From the IMG/VR virus record IMGVR_UViG_3300032282_001299, positions 1-24,702 of that record: a DNA stretch of 24,702 nt; one strand, 5' to 3'. Shown piece by piece: positions 14,833-22,643 of this stretch. The stretch is from a virus. Lineage: Duplodnaviria > Caudoviricetes. A program made the position numbers and the translations under genes. Below the pieces are notes generated by a model. That model searched no databases and was not told where the DNA came from. It saw nothing but the letters and a program-made list of their open reading frames with translations. Position 1 is the stretch's first letter; the number at the start of each line of letters is the position of its first letter.

Positions 14833-16128
14833 TTAGAAGGTCGGTGTGACCAATCCAGTTCCATTGACTTGAGCCCATGCGTTTGGATAACGGTTAGCCG
14901 TGTAAGCAGCGTATCCATAGACAACAATGGTTACATCAAGTTCTGATACTCGTGGTTGCTCAAAGCGCAACATCATTGGCTGACCATTGCCATCTTCCCA
15001 CAAGTGAAGTTCTTGTGCGTTACCAATGTAGATGGTGTCTTGGTTTGTGCCTGCACCCTTGTTCGTTGCAATTGTTGCATCGGTTACAACTGGCAATCCA
15101 GCAATGCTATATCCACTGTTTCCGTACTGAACAGCACCTGAACCAACAGAAAGTGCGTTCATAGGGCCATTAGGTGTAGGTACAGCAAGTGGTCGGTTGC
15201 TTGAGTCAAGTGCTGCAAGAATCCAAGCCAAACGGCGTGGATGCATAATGATTACATTAGGCCCAGCAAAGAAAGTTGTCTGAACTTTCTGGATTCCGTC
15301 AAGCAATTTTGGATAAATCTCAGCCACTGTCGGTGAAGCGTCTGTATAGGTAACTGCTTGTCCTGCAGATGAGAACAATTCAGCAACAACAAGTGTGTTC
15401 AAGTTGGTGTGATAAGCCGATACAAGGTCTGCCATTACGAGGGCGTCAATGCCTGTTCCACGCTCAATTGCTTGGCGAGTGACATTTTGCTGACCAGCAA
15501 TGGTCTGAACAGTAATGTCCAACTTCGTGTCGTCCATGTCTGTTTCTTGAACAGCGTCACCTTCAGTTTGAACTGCAGTTGCAGAACCAGTTGTCACCTT
15601 AGAGATTGACAATGTCAAACCTGCAGGTGGAAGTTGATGCTTACGAGCAATGTCTGCTGTTGGGCGACCTGCACGAGCGTATGGCGCTGCCAAGTCTGTG
15701 AGATACTGAGGAACAATCAAGCCTGAGAAGTTAGATGAAGTAACTTCACGGCGTTCAATACGCTCTTCATTCATGTGACGAGCAAGGCGCTCACGAGCCT
15801 CAAAATCATTGTTGAACTGTGCAGAGAAAGCATCAGACAAGAATGAGTTTTCAGAACGCTCCGTGTAGGTGCGAGCCTCTGATTTTACAACTGCAGGCTT
15901 GATGCCAGCAATTTCTCGTGCTTCAGATGCTTCTTTAGAACGCTGTGCAAGTTCTTCTTGCTGTGCGATAGATGCATCGAGGTCACGAACTTGAGTAAGT
16001 GAATCAGATACTTCTGTGTCTTCGGCAGGCGTGAGGTCACGGTTTTCCTGCTCTGCTAATTGCACGAGTGACTCTGCTTTTGTAACAAGAGCCTCACGCT
16101 TTTCATGGAGTTTTGCTAAGTATGACAT
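14833..16128 (-). CDS. Major capsid protein, HK97 fold, with N-terminal coiled-coil scaffolding (delta) domain
   Basis: Start ATG 16128 (AGGAAAG). Coiled-coil N-terminus (AEQENRDLT.AE), then GLIVPQYL, QTEGDAV.ETD, IIMHPRRL, IAGLPVVTD. Follows the protease gene. Confidence 0.92.
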   Translation of the reverse strand: MSYLAKLHEKREALVTKAESLVQLAEQENRDLTPAEDTEVSDSLTQVRDLDASIAQQEELAQRSKEASEAREIAGIKPAVVKSEARTYTERSENSFLSDAFSAQFNNDFEARERLARHMNEERIERREVTSSNFSGLIVPQYLTDLAAPYARAGRPTADIARKHQLPPAGLTLSISKVTTGSATAVQTEGDAVQETDMDDTKLDITVQTIAGQQNVTRQAIERGTGIDALVMADLVSAYHTNLNTLVVAELFSSAGQAVTYTDASPTVAEIYPKLLDGIQKVQTTFFAGPNVIIMHPRRLAWILAALDSSNRPLAVPTPNGPMNALSVGSGAVQYGNSGYSIAGLPVVTDATIATNKGAGTNQDTIYIGNAQELHLWEDGNGQPMMLRFEQPRVSELDVTIVVYGYAAYTANRYPNAWAQVNGTGLVTPTF

Positions 16129-16206
16129 TTTGTCTTTCCTTGTTTTGTTGGTGGAATATTTCAACGGTGAAATAGCAAGTGAATGTTCGGCTTGTTTTTT
16201 CGGCAG

Positions 16207-17823
16207 TTATCTTGTTCGTGCAATTGCTACTTGCTGTCGGCGCAAGCGTGTAGGTGCACTAGGCGCAGTGTAATGCATATTTCGCAGTTCTGCAATAGTT
16301 TCCTCATAAGCAGGGTAAGTGACTACGGAAACATCATAAAGTTGAACTTCACGCAACTGGCGTACTGAACGGTCTGCGTTCCAAGTGTCTTTTATGGTTC
16401 TAAAAGCGAACGACATTTGATTGAGGTCGCCTCTACGAAGTGCAGACATTATTTGTTGTGCTAATGGGTTGGCAGGGTCAAGGTCTGCCTCAACCTTCAA
16501 TCCTCTTGAATCTTCGCTCAATCGCAAAGTGCCTGATTTGGTTCGGGCAAGAGGAGCACCATCGTGGTCAAATAATAGACGAACATCAGCACCGTCTTTT
16601 AGGGTCTTGGTAAATGCGCCCCTTGTTACATACTCGGTGAAACCTAAGTCTTGAGATGGCGTATCCCACATCGCAGCATAACCTACAAGGGTTGTACCGT
16701 CACCCTCGGAACGGACTTCCAAGTTTGAATAGGCTATTGAACGCTTGTCGTCAATAGAACGAGTTACCCACTCAACCGTGTTGCTCCGAGTGGCAAGAAC
16801 ATCTAAAGAAGCCTTCAACTGCCAATCCCATTTTTGATGCTGGTCAATTCTCTCGGCAAGAAAATTAGCAATACCCTGTTCATCCGTTTCATCAGCAACC
16901 TCAAAAGTATTACGCAAACAAATAAGTATTTGAGTATTGCCAAGAAGCAACGCTGTTGCCAAAGCAGAGGTTGTATCTGCTGGTGCAGTTTGGCGTACAG
17001 AACTCATAGACAAAAAGTCTTGAAGCATGAATGGTGCTTCGCCCCCAAGTTTGCGAATGTTTTCTGCAATTGGGTCAATAGAACTATAAATATCTTCGTA
17101 AATCTCACCGAAAAGTGAATGGTACTGCGAAAAGTCTGTTCCTCTTACATTCCAATGCGAACCATGCGCTTGAAAATAAAGAGAAACGGCATCGGACAAT
17201 AGTTCCCTAAGACCATCTACCAAAGAGTAGGTCGGCATAGGTTCTTCTACATCTACCTCTGCTTCTGCTACTGGTTCTACAACTGATTCAACCATGTCCA
17301 TAAGTGCTCCTCGTTTGGCTTCCTTGTCAAAGTTATCTACCACTCTAATAGCATATTGCATTGCTCGTTGTGCATCTTTTTTAGATGGCCCAGAACCCCA
17401 AAGAAGATGAGCCACTAATCCTGCGCCCGGATAACCACTATCGTTTGGGTCATTATTTTTGGGTGCATCTAAATCAACTAAATGTCTTGCTATCCAAGGG
17501 GCTATTTTGCGCCACTTTTCTATTGACACATCGCCGTTAGCCATTTTACGAGCAGAACTAATAGTCGCTTGAACAAGACCATCGCCACCATAACCATCGG
17601 CGTAAAGTTTCAATCCTCGCTTTGCAGCGTTCCTCATATAAGTAGGGGCTGAAAGGTCTACTGCTCTTTCGCTTTTGGAAATTGCAATATTCAATGCGTC
17701 TGCATGGGCATTTGCGTGTTCTTCTGTGTGGTGGCATCCACCGTCAATAGGGATTTGTGAACCCACTTTTACAACAGCAAAACCGTTGCATCCATTTGCA
17801 TTGTCAATAACTTCGTATGGCAT
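16207..17823 (-). CDS. HK97-family prohead protease polyprotein: two unknown N-terminal domains + Dps (mini-ferritin) domain + protease domain
   Basis: C-terminal LVGYAA, GAFTKTL, LLFDHD (His), GTLRLSEDSRGL, QMSFAF (Ser), DVSVVTYPAY. Central AHGSHWNVRGTDFSQYHSLFGEIY...IDPIAENIRKLG...HQKWDWQL is Dps. ATG 17823 overlaps the upstream TGA. Confidence 0.92.
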   Translation of the reverse strand: MPYEVIDNANGCNGFAVVKVGSQIPIDGGCHHTEEHANAHADALNIAISKSERAVDLSAPTYMRNAAKRGLKLYADGYGGDGLVQATISSARKMANGDVSIEKWRKIAPWIARHLVDLDAPKNNDPNDSGYPGAGLVAHLLWGSGPSKKDAQRAMQYAIRVVDNFDKEAKRGALMDMVESVVEPVAEAEVDVEEPMPTYSLVDGLRELLSDAVSLYFQAHGSHWNVRGTDFSQYHSLFGEIYEDIYSSIDPIAENIRKLGGEAPFMLQDFLSMSSVRQTAPADTTSALATALLLGNTQILICLRNTFEVADETDEQGIANFLAERIDQHQKWDWQLKASLDVLATRSNTVEWVTRSIDDKRSIAYSNLEVRSEGDGTTLVGYAAMWDTPSQDLGFTEYVTRGAFTKTLKDGADVRLLFDHDGAPLARTKSGTLRLSEDSRGLKVEADLDPANPLAQQIMSALRRGDLNQMSFAFRTIKDTWNADRSVRQLREVQLYDVSVVTYPAYEETIAELRNMHYTAPSAPTRLRRQQVAIARTR

Positions 17824-18083
17824 CAATCTACACTCGGTGTCATAACACGCACATTTTCAGTACCACTAGCAGTCACAGCCCATAGTTCTTCATTAGCAGG
17901 CAAATTCATAACAAAAGGTACTGCGTTTTTTTCGGTGAGCATACCGTTGGCAGATGTCACATCAGCCCCACCGATATAGACAGTTCCAGCACCAAGAGTA
18001 TGTAAATAAACCTCACGATTGATGTTGTCTTTGTCCACTATTTTCACTCTTGTTGTGGATACAGAATAAGCGTACGTGTTCAT
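17823..18083 (-). CDS. Small beta-rich head-module protein (86 aa)
   Basis: Coupled to both portal (ATGA) and protease (TGATG). TVYIGGADVTSANG...LWAV. Function unknown. Confidence 0.7.
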   Translation of the reverse strand: MNTYAYSVSTTRVKIVDKDNINREVYLHTLGAGTVYIGGADVTSANGMLTEKNAVPFVMNLPANEELWAVTASGTENVRVMTPSVD

Positions 18084-19261
18084 GCAGGCAAATCCGAAAT
18101 TGCTGCTGGCAACGGTGGCACAGCATCAATACCAATTGAAGATGCGACCTGACCGTAGTAGAAGTTGTCGCCACCTTCGTATGGCTCTCTACCTTCTAGT
18201 GCTCTTGCTTCGTTAGGCGACAATGTCCCAGACTGGATTTGCACTTGTTGTGCCTGCACTCTTGTCATCAAATCTCCCCTCATAAGACCATCAGCATTGA
18301 GTCGTACTCTTTGAGGCACTGGCAACATAGAACTAAGAGTATCTTCAAGGCGATGCATCCAAGGAAGTAAAGTGTGGCGCACAAAATTGATACCTGCTGA
18401 TTCAACATTTTGATAAGTTTGTGTATCTCCACCTGTGCCTGCAATTAGGTGTAGAGGAATTCTATACGCTCTTGCGACATCTCGCACAATAGATTCCCTA
18501 TGTTCCATTGTGTCCATATCCGATGCCGATGCCGTAACTGAACGCCACTTCAATCCACCTGCTAGTACTGCTGGTCTGCGCCTTTTCCAATGTGCGTCTT
18601 CCCAAGTGTTTCTTAGGATTTCTGCTTGTTCCATTGTCACTTGCTGGTCAGTTTCCAATACTGATGAAGGTGTTGCTCCATCGCCGTAAAACTGTGCGAG
18701 AAAACGGTCAATAGCAATTCCAGTACCAATAATGTTGCGAAGTGCATCTAGTGGTGATACGCCGTAAGCCTGATTCGGAAAACGAAGCCACGAAATATGG
18801 TACATAGATTCAGGGTCTAACTCATTTTTTCCATAAGAGTAAATCCGATTACCGTTATCTCCAATTACGACTGTTACTAAAAGTGGGTGTAGGCAACGCA
18901 TTTCTAGTGGTGCTTGTCCTGCGTTGCGTGGTGCAAAGATAAAAGCATTGCCGTGAAGGGCGAGAGTAGCAATAGTTTGGTGAATAAACTCAAACATGTT
19001 TTGGTCATCATTTGGTTTTACGAAAACACTTGGAACTGGTAATTCTTGAATAGTTCCACCTACGTCACGATAAACCTGTAAAGGCATTGTGGCGATTGAA
19101 TCTGCCAAGAGTGTTACGGCTGATAGTACGGCAGTAGATGATATTGCAGTTCGTTCAGTAACAATTTCACCTGAATAGTTGGGAAATGCTGGACGAGCAG
19201 ATATTTGGTTTGGGTCTATTGAAACTGGAAGTGCCCGAAACTCTCGGCGAATAATGCTCAT
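18080..19261 (-). CDS. Portal protein, HK97 family
   Basis: Start revised to ATG 19261. AVTLLADSIATMPL, LALHGNAF, YGVSPL, FYGDGATPS, VARAYRIPLHLI, TLLPW..RLE, LSPNEARALEG. Confidence 0.95.
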   Translation of the reverse strand: MSIIRREFRALPVSIDPNQISARPAFPNYSGEIVTERTAISSTAVLSAVTLLADSIATMPLQVYRDVGGTIQELPVPSVFVKPNDDQNMFEFIHQTIATLALHGNAFIFAPRNAGQAPLEMRCLHPLLVTVVIGDNGNRIYSYGKNELDPESMYHISWLRFPNQAYGVSPLDALRNIIGTGIAIDRFLAQFYGDGATPSSVLETDQQVTMEQAEILRNTWEDAHWKRRRPAVLAGGLKWRSVTASASDMDTMEHRESIVRDVARAYRIPLHLIAGTGGDTQTYQNVESAGINFVRHTLLPWMHRLEDTLSSMLPVPQRVRLNADGLMRGDLMTRVQAQQVQIQSGTLSPNEARALEGREPYEGGDNFYYGQVASSIGIDAVPPLPAAISDLPA

Positions 19262-19395
19262 GCTGAAAATGCTCCACCTGCGATAAGAAGTGCTCCAGTA
19301 ACAATAAACCCTAATGGAGTCCAAATAAGGAATGCTCCAATAGAAACTAGGACTGCACCGATTACTTCAACTGTTGATGTTATGTTTTGCCTCAT
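19258..19395 (-). CDS. Small two-TM membrane protein (45 aa) between terminase and portal
   Basis: Not in track. MRQNITSTVEVIGAVLVSIGAFLIWTPLGFIVTGALLIAGGAFSA. GAGGT RBS and ATGA overlap with portal. Confidence 0.75.
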   Translation of the reverse strand: MRQNITSTVEVIGAVLVSIGAFLIWTPLGFIVTGALLIAGGAFSA

Positions 19396-19400
19396 TGACC

Positions 19401-20915
19401 TCACCAAACTGGAACGACACTAGGGCCATTGTATCCATCAGGTTTGCGTGTCGCTCGGTCAAGCGCAATAACCATTGCAATACAAGCGTCAATCTTTCTG
19501 TGGCTCTTGCCTTTACTTAGTCGCCACCCATTGTCCGTCATGCGTTGCGCTGCAGAAAGAACTTGGTCTGTGAAAACTGGTGAGCCGTTATGCACAATCT
19601 TGCTGTTGATGATGAGTTCATATGTGTGACCACAGGCTGGAATCATACGCTGACTACTCTGAGGGTATTCAACCATTGGAAGTCCATCGTCTATAAGGAT
19701 TTCGGCAGAACGCTGGAAATATGCAGGGTCGTAGGCAAACTCTTTTATGTTGTAGTTCAAATGGATTTCCCGAAGGTAATGCTCAATGGTCGCAACATCT
19801 ACTGCCTTCTCGGACGGATGCCAAATCTTGGCTGATACGGCTACCTTCTCTCCTTGAGGTTGAGCCATAACAACAGCAATGCTGTCGTGTTTCAATGCCA
19901 TGTCAATGCCCACCCAAGTTTCTAGGTCAGGGTCTATCTCTACTTCACCTGCAAGTCTTTCCCATGCGCCTGCAGGGAGCCAACTTTCTTCTGCTCTTAC
20001 CCATTGGTTCAAGCGAAATCTACGAAATGCCATTTCGCTTGACTGTCGTGCAGATGTTTCAAGGTCGTCTTCGTCTATCAACTTGGAAGCCAAGTTGGGA
20101 TTGCATTGTTTCCATACAGTCTTGTCCGTGATTGAGCAATCGGCTGGTGCTTCCCACCAAAAGAACCCAAAGTTCTCATCTTGCTGTTCACCCATAGCAA
20201 CAGACTTGCCGTAGTCGTAAAGCCTTCCACAAAGAGTGTTGATGTCATAACCTGCTGTAGTAATTGAGACAATCATTGGGTCTACACGAGCACCCGAACC
20301 TAGTGTAAGTTGGTCATAAAGGTCATCGTTTCTCTGTACCCATAGTTCGTCAAAGATAACTAGTGAAGGGTTTAGACCAGCCTGAGATTTAGCGTCTGCC
20401 GATAGAACTCGATACACCGAGTTGAAAGCAGGAACTTCAATAGCGTCACGATAAACCTTGCAATGGGCAGACAGGACTGGAGATTTGACTACTTGTTCCC
20501 GAGCCTCGTTGAATACAATGCGAGCCTGCTTACGGTCACCTGCAGCCGAATACACTTCTGCACCTGCTTCACCAGCGAATAGACCATAAAGAGCAAGGGC
20601 TGACCCCATTAGAGATTTACCTTGCTTTCTCGGTAGTCCGACAACTGCACGACGATATCGCAAACGATTATTGTCTCGGCGTTCAAGCAAAGCTTTCAAT
20701 AGCCACTGTTGCCACTCAACAAACTCTAAAGGCTGTCCTGCTCTGACACCTTTGGAAACTCTTAGCCACTGGTAGGCAAAATCAATAACATCATCACCAT
20801 CACTAATGTTGCTATGGCGTTTTGTGTAATAAGTCGGCTCCCACGCCTTTTTAGGCAGTAGCCCTCTTTGTTGCGATTCTGTCACGGAAGTCTTGGATTG
20901 CGTCATTGGAGACAT
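19401..20915 (-). CDS. terL: Terminase large subunit
   Basis: WQQWLL adenine-binding Q, Walker A GLPRKQGKS, Walker B LVIFDE, ITTAG motif III, nuclease GIDMA, YDP and KIDAC. Exact start uncertain. Confidence 0.97.
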   Translation of the reverse strand: MSPMTQSKTSVTESQQRGLLPKKAWEPTYYTKRHSNISDGDDVIDFAYQWLRVSKGVRAGQPLEFVEWQQWLLKALLERRDNNRLRYRRAVVGLPRKQGKSLMGSALALYGLFAGEAGAEVYSAAGDRKQARIVFNEAREQVVKSPVLSAHCKVYRDAIEVPAFNSVYRVLSADAKSQAGLNPSLVIFDELWVQRNDDLYDQLTLGSGARVDPMIVSITTAGYDINTLCGRLYDYGKSVAMGEQQDENFGFFWWEAPADCSITDKTVWKQCNPNLASKLIDEDDLETSARQSSEMAFRRFRLNQWVRAEESWLPAGAWERLAGEVEIDPDLETWVGIDMALKHDSIAVVMAQPQGEKVAVSAKIWHPSEKAVDVATIEHYLREIHLNYNIKEFAYDPAYFQRSAEILIDDGLPMVEYPQSSQRMIPACGHTYELIINSKIVHNGSPVFTDQVLSAAQRMTDNGWRLSKGKSHRKIDACIAMVIALDRATRKPDGYNGPSVVPVW

Positions 20916-21315
20916 TGTTCATTCCTAGTCGGGCTCGGTCTGTTGGTGAGAAGCCTAGCGCAGAAAGGTTTTGAGCAATCATCTTTTCTAATGTTCTCAA
21001 CGATGCTCTGTCTCGCCACTCTTGTTCCCTAAACACTTTCGTTCTCAATACTGCTCGTTCATCAACTTGCTCGCAAGTCATCATTACCAACTCAATGTCA
21101 GTATCTCTGCGAAGCCAAGCACAACCTGAAGTCCAAATAGAAGTCCATAGTTGAAAGCCTGGGCCATTGTCTATTAGTGGGCGATGTGGCTTAGGCATCT
21201 CACGATTTGCAATAACAGGTATTACATCTGTTGAAGGAAGTTTTCTTCCACCCGGATTGCCAATACGAGCCTTCTGTTCAATCGGCTTGGGCTTACGCCC
21301 TCTTGTCTCAGCCAT
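20851..21315 (-). CDS. terS: Terminase small subunit (P27-like)
   Basis: RGRKPKP...GNPGGRKL N-terminus and LGFSPTDRARLG C-terminus. Confidence 0.9.
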   Translation of the reverse strand: MAETRGRKPKPIEQKARIGNPGGRKLPSTDVIPVIANREMPKPHRPLIDNGPGFQLWTSIWTSGCAWLRRDTDIELVMMTCEQVDERAVLRTKVFREQEWRDRASLRTLEKMIAQNLSALGFSPTDRARLGMNNVSNDAIQDFRDRIATKRATA

Positions 21316-21610
21316 CTAATCTGTTTCCCCTGCGTGAGTTGCACGACCTATGTGCAGGCAATAACAAACTATCGGGATTACTAGGAACGACATGGTCGGC
21401 TGTCCATGGGTCATTGCGTCTTGCACCTTCGCCACAAATCCAACATTTACTGGCGTTCATGCGTACTTCTCTTGCTCGTCTTCGGTAGTCGCCTGCGTAG
21501 TGTGGGCGTTCCTTTTTAGGCTTGAGACTTTCACGGTAGATACGACAAGAGTTACACCTTGAATCGCTAGTGACTAAAACGCCACAGCCAAGACAAGGCT
21601 TAGGAATCAC
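21308..21610 (-). CDS. HNH endonuclease (terminase-associated, gp74-like)
   Basis: CxxC...CxxC zinc motifs, CWICGE...TADHVVP...AHRSCNSRRG. Immediately upstream of terS. Confidence 0.9.
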   Translation of the reverse strand: MIPKPCLGCGVLVTSDSRCNSCRIYRESLKPKKERPHYAGDYRRRAREVRMNASKCWICGEGARRNDPWTADHVVPSNPDSLLLPAHRSCNSRRGNRLDG

Positions 21611-22137
21611 GATGCTTTAGTCGGGATATGTTCACATTGGATTTCGTCAAGCAATCCTTTTGCGCCACATATTCCACATTCAACTTCCCCAAGTTCGGTA
21701 GCGATTGCGTTGTATTCAACTAACGCCATGCGTTCAGGGTCATCTGGAAGTTTATGTGGTGAGCCAACAGCGAGGATGTGGTGTTCTTCAATAGCCCCAA
21801 CAGCATGAGGATGGTCACTTTCAATGAAATAAACCTGCCCTGCGTGGGTCGGATAAATCTTGGAATCAACTGTAATAGTTCCCTTGCCTGCAATAACAAT
21901 CAGTAGATGTGCCCCCGGATGAGTGTGAGGTGGAAAGCCTGCTCCTGCAGGAACTGAGATGTGGTCTACGCCTAGCGCACCACTACTGACCAATGGCCAT
22001 GCAGTTGCTGTCGTGTTGTGCATATGCACAGTTCCTTCACCCTTGAAAGGTGTGATAGAACCGTCTCCGTTGTCTGTTGCCCAATCAGCAATAATCAAAT
22101 TGCCGTTTGCGTCTTTACCGTGTACTTGATTGCTCAT
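21607..22137 (-). CDS. Cupin-domain protein with C-terminal CxxC...CxH tail
   Basis: Start revised to ATG 22137 (ATGA overlap). Motif 1 GAGFPPHTHPGAHLLIVIAGKG, motif 2 GQVYFIESDHPHAV. Confidence 0.85.
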   Translation of the reverse strand: MSNQVHGKDANGNLIIADWATDNGDGSITPFKGEGTVHMHNTTATAWPLVSSGALGVDHISVPAGAGFPPHTHPGAHLLIVIAGKGTITVDSKIYPTHAGQVYFIESDHPHAVGAIEEHHILAVGSPHKLPDDPERMALVEYNAIATELGEVECGICGAKGLLDEIQCEHIPTKAS

Positions 22138-22643
22138 CGTTTTTCTGCCACCCATGCTGGTTTGTATTCATCGTTGCCTGCTCGTTTTATCATCTGCCCT
22201 CTATCGAGAAGACGACTTACTTCTTCTTTTTCCATGCCCAATCTCTTTATAAGTTCGGCAGGTTCAATATCAAGTTCGTCAATAAGTTCAGTAACGATAT
22301 CTGCCATAGACATTACATAATGTTCGCCTCTTGCACGGTTATGTCTGATGGTTGCCATGCGTTGGCGAGCAGGGTCAATTTCCTTGATAAACACTACTGG
22401 CACTAGACCGTCTGTAAGTTTGGCAACATCCTTGTCTGCCGACACAGTCCAACGGTGAAATCCATCTACGATTTCTCCGTCAAGCCGAGCGACAATAGGT
22501 TGAGTCCAGCCGTCTTCCATAATGCTGACCTTCAATAAACCAAGTTCTGTCTTAGCCATTTTGTTCGGGTTGTAATCATTTGCTTTTAGCGTGGTGCGTT
22601 CTACCCACTGAACGCTTGCTATTGGTTGGTCTTCACGACTCAT
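22134..22643 (-). CDS. ibrB: ParB/Srx-like protein, IbrB/YbdM family
   Basis: QPIASVQWV, ANDYNPNKMA, SIMEDGWTQPIV, IVDGFHR, MATIRHNRARGEH and LGMEKEEVSRL. Directly downstream of an IbrA-like gene. Confidence 0.85.
   Translation of the reverse strand: MSREDQPIASVQWVERTTLKANDYNPNKMAKTELGLLKVSIMEDGWTQPIVARLDGEIVDGFHRWTVSADKDVAKLTDGLVPVVFIKEIDPARQRMATIRHNRARGEHYVMSMADIVTELIDELDIEPAELIKRLGMEKEEVSRLLDRGQMIKRAGNDEYKPAWVAEKR

Noticed and set aside
14833-17238. Encapsulin operon (HK97-fold shell next to ferritin-like cargo)
   Set aside because: Terminase, portal, scaffold domain, adaptor and tail genes show a true phage head. Only the analogy is kept.
531-19324. Long N-terminal extensions in the ORF track (starts 1133, 1675, 2344, 2832, 6677, 14878, 16164, 19324)
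   Set aside because: Downstream starts have clear RBSs or stop-start coupling, and most extensions overlap other genes or hairpins.
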